Assembly (NCBI GenBank): GCA_021799315.1
Contig: JAJZAR010000001.1
Coordinates: 1-35,808, forward strand
Length of the DNA stretch: 35,808 nucleotides
Reading direction: 5' to 3'
Source of the DNA: Thermoplasmata archaeon
GTDB taxonomy: Archaea; Thermoplasmatota; Thermoplasmata; Thermoplasmatales; Thermoplasmataceae
Shown: in pieces, positions 28,855 to 35,808 of the stretch
Position numbering within the stretch: the stretch's first letter is position 1
Layout: each line of letters starts with the position of its first letter
Program-made: the position numbers and the translations under genes
Notes under the pieces: generated by a model
Told to the model about the DNA's origin: nothing
Seen by the model: only the letters and a program-made list of their open reading frames with translations
Databases searched by the model: none

Positions 28855-29211
28855 TCATCTTACTATTCTCAGTTCATCATCAAGTTCTTCCACGATATAT
28901 GTTCTTAATTTTTCACATAAAGCGTAATCTCCCATGGATTTAGGAATGGGGTTAGAAACTATGTCACCAGTACCCAGTCTGAAAATGATATGATGGGATG
29001 GGCACATAATCTGATCTTCCTTAAGGATTTTAGAAAGAAATAGGGGGCCACCCATATGAGGGCATTTGGAATCTGTGGCAAAGAACTTTCCATCAACATT
29101 GAAGAGAGTTATGTCATAATCTGGGCCAGTCAGTCTTTTTCTGCCCTTCTGGTCAAAACCTGTTTTTTCAGTAAGAATACTCATGGAATCCCTACTTTTT
29201 GAGGTCGACAA
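28855..29211 (-). CDS. Soluble Rieske [2Fe-2S] ferredoxin
   Basis: CPH-x17-CPSH ligands, VDGKFFA, F.L.TG, LRTY.V; no TM or Tat helix. TTG start overlaps trxB; ATG at 29184 is an alternative. Confidence 0.92.
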   Translation of the reverse strand: MSTSKSRDSMSILTEKTGFDQKGRKRLTGPDYDITLFNVDGKFFATDSKCPHMGGPLFLSKILKEDQIMCPSHHIIFRLGTGDIVSNPIPKSMGDYALCEKLRTYIVEELDDELRIVR

Positions 29212-30148
29212 ATTTCCAATCGCTCCTTACTGCGTTCTTTCCATGTTTCTTATGTACATAGTTTATGGCGCTCAATGCAGCTACAGAACCCTGACCGGCT
29301 GAGATAATAGCCTGTTTATAAGGGATATTTGTCACATCTCCTGCAGCAAATACACCTTCTCTGGAGGTAAAGCCATTCATATCCACAATTACCTCATTCT
29401 CCTTATTCATCTCTACGAAACCTTTCAGCATCTGAGTTTTAGCAACATACCCCATCTCTATGAACACAGCTTTAACGCTTATATCCTGAATCGTTCCGTC
29501 TTTCTTCTTTACTGTCAGGGCATTTACAGTCTTGTCTCCCTTTATTTCTTTTACCTCGGACTCATACACAAATTCGACATTTCCAAGAGTTTTAACATCC
29601 TGAATCATGTCCTCGGATCCAGATATTCTATTGCCTTTTTGAGTGACATAGACCTTGGATGCCACTGTTCCAAGATAAAGTGCTGCCTGTAGTGCGTGGT
29701 CTCCGGCTCCTGCAACGGCAACTTCCTTCCCTTTGTAAAGTGGGCCGTCACATATGGAACAGTAGGAAACGCCTCTTCCCTTGAATTTTTCTTCGCCTTC
29801 ACATCCAAGATCTCGGGGCGTTTTTCCGAAGGCAAGAATAAGTGCATCTGCCTCGTATATTTGTTCAACTCCTTTGAGCCTGTAAATTGAATTTTCTTCA
29901 GTGATTTCTCTGATCTCATCATAGCTGAATTCACAACCGTATAACTGTGCCTGAGACTGAAATTTACTGGCTAGGTCAAAGCCAGAAATAGAATCGAATC
30001 CTGGATAATTTTGAATTTCGTTTGTTAGAAGTCCCTGACCGCCTATGTCCTTTGTCACCACGAGAGTTTTCATGCCCTGCCTTGATGTATAGATGGCAGC
30101 AGAAAGGCCTGCGAAGGCCCCTCCAATTATGATGATATCATATTTCAT
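29192..30148 (-). CDS. trxB: Flavoprotein thioredoxin reductase with atypical pyridine-nucleotide site
   Basis: NYPGF, GRGVSYCSICDG (C130/C133), TS.EGVFAAGD, KQAIISAGQG; directly follows the thioredoxin gene. Confidence 0.93.
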   Translation of the reverse strand: MKYDIIIIGGAFAGLSAAIYTSRQGMKTLVVTKDIGGQGLLTNEIQNYPGFDSISGFDLASKFQSQAQLYGCEFSYDEIREITEENSIYRLKGVEQIYEADALILAFGKTPRDLGCEGEEKFKGRGVSYCSICDGPLYKGKEVAVAGAGDHALQAALYLGTVASKVYVTQKGNRISGSEDMIQDVKTLGNVEFVYESEVKEIKGDKTVNALTVKKKDGTIQDISVKAVFIEMGYVAKTQMLKGFVEMNKENEVIVDMNGFTSREGVFAAGDVTNIPYKQAIISAGQGSVAALSAINYVHKKHGKNAVRSDWKFVDLKK

Positions 30149-30469
30149 CTAGTTCAACAGCTTTTTTAGTTTTGCTTCAAGCATTGCCTTTGGAACAGCG
30201 CCAATGCTCATATCAGCAACCTTGCCATTCTTGAACATTATGACTGTGGGTATGCTTGTTATGTTGTATTCAGCGCTCACTTGTTGATTTGCATCAACGT
30301 CTACCTTTCCGAAGGTGATTTTGCCATCATAGTCCTTTGCCAGTTCTTCCACTATGGGTGATAAAAATCTGCAAGGTGCACACCATGATGCCCAGAAGTC
30401 TACAACAACAATGCTATTTTTCTTAATTTCTCCATCAAATGTCTTATCAGTTAATTCTATCGGTTTCAT
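30149..30469 (-). CDS. trxA: Thioredoxin
   Basis: VVDFWASWCAPC, KVDVD, SIPT, FKNG; ATG at 30469 with GAGGT upstream; stop abuts the trxB ATG. Confidence 0.96.
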   Translation of the reverse strand: MKPIELTDKTFDGEIKKNSIVVVDFWASWCAPCRFLSPIVEELAKDYDGKITFGKVDVDANQQVSAEYNITSIPTVIMFKNGKVADMSIGAVPKAMLEAKLKKLLN

Positions 30470-30565
30470 TTTTATACCTCTTTTTAGCATCTGATAAATC
30501 ACAACTTTACTGAGTGATTCCATTCAGACACATCATGTAAATTACAGGGTGACATATGAATGTTG

Positions 30566-30592
30566 TGGTTTTGGCATAATCATACAAAACCA
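30566..30592. promoter_or_regulatory. Inverted repeat TGGTTTTG-N11-CAAAACCA in the trxA/regulator divergent region
   Basis: Perfect 8-bp arms; the right arm abuts TATA-like TTAATA (30593-30598), about 25 nt before ATG 30623. Confidence 0.4.
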
Positions 30593-30622
30593 TTAATATC
30601 ACCTTCAAATATGGTTCCTATC

Positions 30623-31024
30623 ATGAAAATGTCAACTTTGATTAACACAAAGATTGCCTGTTGTGCTGATCTGCTTGAATTTGTTTATAATCTCACCAAG
30701 ACTGACATACTTGTTCTGTATTCCCTGTCTCCGGGAAAATGGGTCAGAACCAAGGATATAGCACAGTATGTGTCAAGGGAGGAAAGTACTGTATATCGGT
30801 CCCTACAGAAATTGAATGGCTTAAAACTGGTTCTTAAGGACTATAGAATTATACCTGAGGGAGGCTATTATTATGAATACACATTGAACGATACCGAGGA
30901 AATACGCAAACTGATAAACACAAACATTGATGAAATGACTGTCAGGATGAAAAGCCTTCTTCTCGATATGGTTACAGAATTTAACCTGAAAAAAAGTTAT
31001 GTTGATGAATCAACGAACCATTGA
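30623..31024 (+). CDS. Archaeal winged-HTH transcriptional regulator (TrmB-like/COG3355-type) with an N-terminal Cys-Cys
   Basis: CCADLL..VYNL...D, DIAQYVSREESTVYRSLQKL, GGYYYEY. ATG at 30623 or 30629. Confidence 0.85.
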   Translation: MKMSTLINTKIACCADLLEFVYNLTKTDILVLYSLSPGKWVRTKDIAQYVSREESTVYRSLQKLNGLKLVLKDYRIIPEGGYYYEYTLNDTEEIRKLINTNIDEMTVRMKSLLLDMVTEFNLKKSYVDESTNH

Positions 31025-31960
31025 TATAAATTTCTGGGAATCTTCTACTATTCTGACAACTCTGTATCCATCGTTACCTGTAGCTATTTTGGAAGGATTT
31101 CCGAAAACGTATTCCTTGAAGCCTGATATTTCCTGCACATAGGGGTTTATGGGAGGTATTTCCTCAACTTTTTCGCCATTCACAAATATTGTCACTGGAG
31201 ATCCTGTAGAGAAGAAGTTCCTGCAAAGAATGTTTTCACTCTTTGTCAACACATTAAGGTCATTTGCCACAGGTTTAACTTCCCTGGATGAGAACGCACT
31301 GCCAAACCCCTTTTCAAACTGCATATTGACCATCATAGTATCATCTATGATTCTCTGATCGGGCGTTCTGAAAGCTGTTATTTTTCTTGGGAACTTGCCA
31401 AAAAGGGATACAATGGTATCTATGACATGAACGCCTGTTCCCATTATGGAACCACCACCTACCTTTTCATTCTCTGTCCACCATTTACTCTCTTCTGTAG
31501 GTGTTGCATGAGAAGATTCATGGCACCATCTGCCATTGATAACAAAGGGCCCCTCATCCTCCAATTCCTTTCTTACAAATTCCAAACCGCTCTGAAACCT
31601 GAGGTGAAATCCGACGCCTATTTTGAGCTTTCTTTCGTTAGCAATGCTTATAAGTTCTTTGGCTTCCGATGATCTTAACGTCATCTGTTTTTCCATAAGT
31701 ACGTGTTTATCCTTCATCAAACTCTTTCTGGCATGTTCATAATGAAGGTAATTGGGAGAACCTACGTAAACAGCATCTATATCTTCGCTCAGCATGTCAT
31801 TAAGCGTTTTACTGTAAACGCATTTGTATTGTTCGGATAGTTTGAGGCCCTTCTCCTCATTCTGTGTTGTTAAGGCTGATACTTCATTCTTGCTCTCTAA
31901 AATAGCTGGCATAATTCTATTTAGGGCATGATTTCCTAGTCCTACAACTCCAAATTTCAT
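31010..31960 (-). CDS. Gfo/Idh/MocA family oxidoreductase
   Basis: GVVGLGNHA, DAVYVGSPNYLH, KHVLMEKQ, GFHLRF, GGGSIM...H.ID. Confidence 0.92.
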   Translation of the reverse strand: MKFGVVGLGNHALNRIMPAILESKNEVSALTTQNEEKGLKLSEQYKCVYSKTLNDMLSEDIDAVYVGSPNYLHYEHARKSLMKDKHVLMEKQMTLRSSEAKELISIANERKLKIGVGFHLRFQSGLEFVRKELEDEGPFVINGRWCHESSHATPTEESKWWTENEKVGGGSIMGTGVHVIDTIVSLFGKFPRKITAFRTPDQRIIDDTMMVNMQFEKGFGSAFSSREVKPVANDLNVLTKSENILCRNFFSTGSPVTIFVNGEKVEEIPPINPYVQEISGFKEYVFGNPSKIATGNDGYRVVRIVEDSQKFISMVR

Positions 31961-32071
31961 AATCAAACATTCAATTCCAGCTATTAATATATTCTATATT
32001 TGTTGTTCAGTTTAAAATTGCAATTGTTGTTGTAATAATATTAAATATCAGGTTTTGATATATAAACTCAA

Positions 32072-32881
32072 ATGGCTAACAAGAAGAAACTGGAAGAACA
32101 GAGATTAATGATCGAAAACCTTAAACGAAAAAGAAGAAATATTTTTTACACCGCAATAGCAATTATCGTTGCAATAGTTGTTATAGTCGGTGTTTTAGTG
32201 GGTTCAGGTGTACTTCAATCAGGATCTTCAAATGATCCCACTTCTGTAACGTCCGGTACATGGACTAAGGTAAGTTCGAGTGACATTGGTCAAGGGGGAG
32301 TTAATATCTATTTTCTCTCATGGCAAGGATGCCCTATTGGAGCTTCTGACAGTTTTGCAATATATCATTATTTCCATACAAACTTCCCTTCCCTTTCTAA
32401 CAGCACCATGATAAAGGCTGAACACTTTAGCGATCCCAGTGAATCTCCAAGTGATATACCCGGCTTGTTGTTCCATAACTTCACGGCCACAAGTTCTGGT
32501 ATTACGTACAGTTTCCATGTTGTCTATGTATATGGCGAAACTTTGCCTCCTGATGGTCCGACCTCTGTTAACGCAGGTATATCCACACTGAAAGCAGTAA
32601 GCGGATTCCCCTCAGCTGTTATAAACATGTTTATTAAAATGGAAACTAGCGTCACAACCGTTGGTCTGGGAAATCAAGCCATTGCCTCATATGCTGGTCA
32701 TCTTACATCCTCACTGATTGTTACAGGGCCAAAGGCCTCCTACTACTTTGAGGGTGAAATGTATAACCCTTCAGATATTAGTGGAGTATCTCCGAGTACC
32801 ATTTTATCAAGCATTTCTTCCTATTCATACATCTTAACAGCTTCTTCGAATATACAAACAACTGTATCGACTGTTCTGTGA
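32072..32881 (+). CDS. Membrane-anchored DUF929-like protein (Ser/Thr-rich extracellular domain)
   Basis: Basic N-terminus plus one TM helix; IYFLSWQGCPIGASDS, SDP...DIPGLLF, YNPS. Confidence 0.75.
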   Translation: MANKKKLEEQRLMIENLKRKRRNIFYTAIAIIVAIVVIVGVLVGSGVLQSGSSNDPTSVTSGTWTKVSSSDIGQGGVNIYFLSWQGCPIGASDSFAIYHYFHTNFPSLSNSTMIKAEHFSDPSESPSDIPGLLFHNFTATSSGITYSFHVVYVYGETLPPDGPTSVNAGISTLKAVSGFPSAVINMFIKMETSVTTVGLGNQAIASYAGHLTSSLIVTGPKASYYFEGEMYNPSDISGVSPSTILSSISSYSYILTASSNIQTTVSTVL

Positions 32882-32928
32882 TGGATTTCCATTGAAATCT
32901 TATTATATTCACAGTTCATTTCCCTACG

Positions 32929-33501
32929 ATGAAGATCTACGTTGTGGATAACGGCGGACAGTGGACGCACAAGGAATACAGAGTTTTGAAATCACTAGGT
33001 GTAGAAAGCCAGATCGTTGACAACGACATGGATCTTCTTAAGATAGAGGATGCGAACGGTTGGGTTCTATCTGGAGGAGCACCAAGTATCAATGAAGACC
33101 TCGATGAACTCAAGGAAGTAGGAAAACTTCTGGACAATGTTTCTGTTCCAGTATTTGGCATTTGCATAGGGGCTCAGTTCATGGCTTTGCACTCTGGTGG
33201 AACCACTCGAAAGGCACCAATTCCAGAATTTGGAAGGGCTAAGATACATTTTTTTAATCAGGGTGGCATTTTCAAGTCTATTCCGTCAGAAATTTACGCA
33301 TGGGAGAATCATAACGACGAGATTACTTCCCTTGGTAAAGCCTACACAGAATGTGCGCAATCAGATAATTGTAAGATTCAAGCGTTCTACAATAATGAGT
33401 CTTTCAGATACGGTGTTCAGTTCCATCCTGAAGTTGAGAATACGGAATTTGGTAAAGAAATGTTTAAATCTTTTATAGAAATATGTAAACAACAAACATG
33501 A
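32929..33501 (+). CDS. guaAA: GMP synthase glutamine amidotransferase subunit A
   Basis: VDNGGQWTH, LSGG, GICIGAQ, PEFG, HNDE, GVQFHPEV. Confidence 0.95.
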   Translation: MKIYVVDNGGQWTHKEYRVLKSLGVESQIVDNDMDLLKIEDANGWVLSGGAPSINEDLDELKEVGKLLDNVSVPVFGICIGAQFMALHSGGTTRKAPIPEFGRAKIHFFNQGGIFKSIPSEIYAWENHNDEITSLGKAYTECAQSDNCKIQAFYNNESFRYGVQFHPEVENTEFGKEMFKSFIEICKQQT

Positions 33502-33740
33502 TATCAACAGAATCTCTACTTCAAAAGCAAGTTTTCACTGATCGCGGTGTGCTTGTTGGAGTGGTTTATGATGTCATATTGAATTTTGATGATGGCTCTG
33601 TTCATGGTCTGCTTATAAAAGACACAAACCCTGCAATTGTCAAGGATGGCATTTCTATATCCATTCCTTATAAGTGGATCAGAGCAGTGGGTGATGCGAT
33701 TCTCTTGCTAACCTTTCCACAGAGAGTTACCTTTGCCTGA
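33498..33740 (+). CDS. PRC-barrel domain protein
   Basis: KQVFTDRG.LVG.VYDVILN...G, IPYKWIRAVGDAILL; ATGA overlap with guaAA. Confidence 0.85.
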   Translation: MISTESLLQKQVFTDRGVLVGVVYDVILNFDDGSVHGLLIKDTNPAIVKDGISISIPYKWIRAVGDAILLLTFPQRVTFA

Positions 33741-33780
33741 GATCAATTACCTAGAACAAAAATCTTCGAGAAAGATCTGA

Positions 33781-35628
33781 ATGCTGGAACAGAAAAGTGA
33801 CATATCAAGAACAGTGAAGCGGCTGTATGACAGAATGATGTCAAAGGCCACAGGAAAATGGGCTTTTATTGGAGTTCTTATAGGTATAATATCGGGCTTG
33901 GGTGCAATTGCCCTCTATCTCTCAATTACCTATGTAACAAAATATCTTCTTACGGGCCTGACAGGCTTTGCGCCCCCCAGATCCGGAATTATAAGTGGAA
34001 CTACTCCCTATGTGTTGTCGCCGCATATAGACTATCTTTTATTTCCTGTATCTTTGATTATAGGGGGCCTCTTAGTTGCTCTCCTATTAAACAAAACTGC
34101 TCCAGAAGCGAAAGGTCATGGGACAGATGCTGCTATCAGTGCGTTTCATGAAAATGATGGAAAGATCAGAAGAAGAATACCTCTTGTCAAAACTGTAGCA
34201 TCTGCTCTTACCATAGGATCAGGAGGATCTGCAGGCAGAGAGGGCCCCACCGCACAGATAGCTGCAGGATTCGGTTCATTTCTTGCAGATGTCTTTCACC
34301 TGGATACCCATGATAGAAGAATTGCCATGGCCTCAGGTATCGGAGCCGGAATCGGTAGTATTTTTCTGGCGCCCCTGGGAGGTGCGATTCTCAGCACTGA
34401 AGTTCTGTACAAAAGGGATTTTGAAACAGAGGCACTCATCCCTTCCATAATTGCGTCTGTTGTTGGTTACTCTATTTTTGGATATTATACAGGGTTCAAA
34501 ACTCTTTTTTCCATACCTCCAGATCAGATACTGGGATTCTCCCACCCATCTGCTTTAATTGCATATATATTCGTGGGCATAGCTGCAGGTCTTGGCGCTC
34601 TTTTCTATATAAAAACGTTTTATGGAGTAACCGCAATTTTTCAGAGACTTAAGAAGGTGTCACCCTATCTAAAACCAGCAATCGGTGGCGGTATTGTAGG
34701 TGTTATAGCTATTTTCTTTCCAGAAATTCTAGGACTTGGTTACGGCTGGCTTCAGCAGGTTCTTGATGGAAATTTGTCCCTATTCGGAAACGGCGTTTAT
34801 GAGCTCATTGCTGTATTTATAATTTTATTTGCACTGAAAGCTGTTGCAACTTCATTCTCCATAGGATCAGAGGGATCAGGAGGTGTTTTTGCACCCGGAC
34901 TCGTACTTGGTGCATTTCTGGGTGCTGCCCTTTCTTTCCCAATCAGATTTTTCTTTCCATTCTTAAGCCTTGATGAGATTGTAATTGTAACTATGATAGC
35001 CTTGTTTGGGGGTGCATCCAAGGCACCAATAGCAATTATTATCATGGGAACTGAAATGACAGATTCCTTTGCCCTCTTTATACCTCTCATGCTGGCCACG
35101 GTTATTTCATATTTTATCACGGGAAACATGAGCATTTACCGATCGCAGGTAACAGATAGAAGCAAATCTGGAGCTCATGCCGATGAGTACAAAAAGCCCA
35201 TAATGGAAGATATAAAGATATACACAGCCATGAAAAAGGATTATCTCAGGATCTCCATAGGCGATTCAATTGCCGTAGGTTTAAATAAGCTGAGAGACAG
35301 CAAAACAAAATCTCTGGTTGTTGAGGAAAATGGGAATATGGTGGGGTATCTATCGCTGGAGAATATTCCCTCCGATGTGAACTATAATGATAAGGTTGAG
35401 ACTGTGATGGAAACTAAAAACCTCCCTATATTGTACCCAAATGATAATCTTCATTCGGCATTGACCAAAATAATGAATGAGTCAAGTGGTAAGTTAATAA
35501 TTATGGAATCTCCCGAATCAACTAAGGTTGCAGGAACCTTGAGTTTACAGGAAATAACAGAGGCATATAACAAAGAGATAAGAACCATAAAGGAAGCTCA
35601 GAGAAAGGCTCAACAGGACTCCATATGA
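33781..35628 (+). CDS. CLC chloride channel/transporter with a C-terminal CBS pair
   Basis: PEAKGHGTD, GGSAGREGP, APLGG, GSGGVFAP, SIY, then two CBS-like repeats. Confidence 0.94.
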   Translation: MLEQKSDISRTVKRLYDRMMSKATGKWAFIGVLIGIISGLGAIALYLSITYVTKYLLTGLTGFAPPRSGIISGTTPYVLSPHIDYLLFPVSLIIGGLLVALLLNKTAPEAKGHGTDAAISAFHENDGKIRRRIPLVKTVASALTIGSGGSAGREGPTAQIAAGFGSFLADVFHLDTHDRRIAMASGIGAGIGSIFLAPLGGAILSTEVLYKRDFETEALIPSIIASVVGYSIFGYYTGFKTLFSIPPDQILGFSHPSALIAYIFVGIAAGLGALFYIKTFYGVTAIFQRLKKVSPYLKPAIGGGIVGVIAIFFPEILGLGYGWLQQVLDGNLSLFGNGVYELIAVFIILFALKAVATSFSIGSEGSGGVFAPGLVLGAFLGAALSFPIRFFFPFLSLDEIVIVTMIALFGGASKAPIAIIIMGTEMTDSFALFIPLMLATVISYFITGNMSIYRSQVTDRSKSGAHADEYKKPIMEDIKIYTAMKKDYLRISIGDSIAVGLNKLRDSKTKSLVVEENGNMVGYLSLENIPSDVNYNDKVETVMETKNLPILYPNDNLHSALTKIMNESSGKLIIMESPESTKVAGTLSLQEITEAYNKEIRTIKEAQRKAQQDSI

Positions 35629-35662
35629 TGTGGTGCCAACCAAATTATTAAAATAGCATTGC

Positions 35663-35670
35663 TTTTTTTT
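35663..35670 (+). terminator. Oligo-T terminator candidate
   Basis: T8 run about 35 nt after the CLC stop codon. Confidence 0.45.
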
Positions 35671-35721
35671 ATTAAGTCTTTTACGAAATCCTTTAATACG
35701 TATTTACTATTACATTAATAT

Positions 35722-35808
35722 ATGGATATAGCGTTACCTATTCGCCACATTATTGGAAACGAAATTGTGGTGAAGGTGCCCGGTTCAGAATTGACTAATA
35801 CGGCTGTG
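35722..35808 (+). CDS. Possible 3'-partial CDS (MDIALPIRHIIGNEIVVKVPGSELTNTAV...)
   Basis: ATG at 35722 with TTTAATA about 25 nt upstream; frame stays open for 29 codons to the window end. Confidence 0.45.
   Translation, partial: MDIALPIRHIIGNEIVVKVPGSELTNTAV

Noticed and set aside
30470-30622. N-terminal extensions of trxA (from 30523) and the regulator (from 30560) in the ORF track
   Set aside because: Downstream ATGs fit family lengths and SD/TATA spacing; the extensions cover the promoter region.
1-35808. CRISPR arrays, IS elements, integrases, tRNA/rRNA, defence systems, Sec/Pyl readthrough
   Set aside because: No regularly spaced repeats, transposase/integrase motifs, structured RNA signatures or interrupted genes were seen by eye; tRNAscan-SE and Infernal runs would be needed to exclude small RNAs.

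Overview
This window is gene-dense, AT-rich archaeal chromosomal DNA, most consistent with an acidophilic Thermoplasmatales (Cuniculiplasma/Thermoplasma-like) organism. That call is an inference from Rpp21, split GMP synthase, a TA0175-type HAD phosphatase, DUF929, a split transketolase plus transaldolase, and TATA boxes about 25 nt ahead of start codons. In order it contains: the 3' end of a kdp operon (kdpB, kdpC) with a convergent tandem-USP gene; two tandem membrane-protein paralogs, one with a 180-bp internal duplication; a HisA-like gene followed by pyrD-pyrK-queE-pyrC; a HAD phosphatase, rnp4 and a SAM methyltransferase; malic enzyme between two GNATs; a polyprenol kinase; a transketolase/transaldolase operon; a divergent FtsZ; an APC permease; a DtxR/MntR regulator; a sulfurtransferase with thiolase-hbd-crotonase; a CysM-type cysteine synthase; a trxA-trxB-Rieske ferredoxin operon with a divergent Cys-Cys HTH regulator; a Gfo/Idh/MocA oxidoreductase; DUF929, guaAA, a PRC-barrel protein and a CLC-CBS transporter. 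I saw no tRNA, rRNA, CRISPR array or mobile element. The best candidate for an undescribed system is a thioredoxin reductase that lacks the NADPH-binding HRR motif, has a C-terminal DW tail, and is tightly coupled to a Rieske [2Fe-2S] ferredoxin gene inside a sulfur-handling neighbourhood. All calls come from motif recognition by eye; no searches were run.
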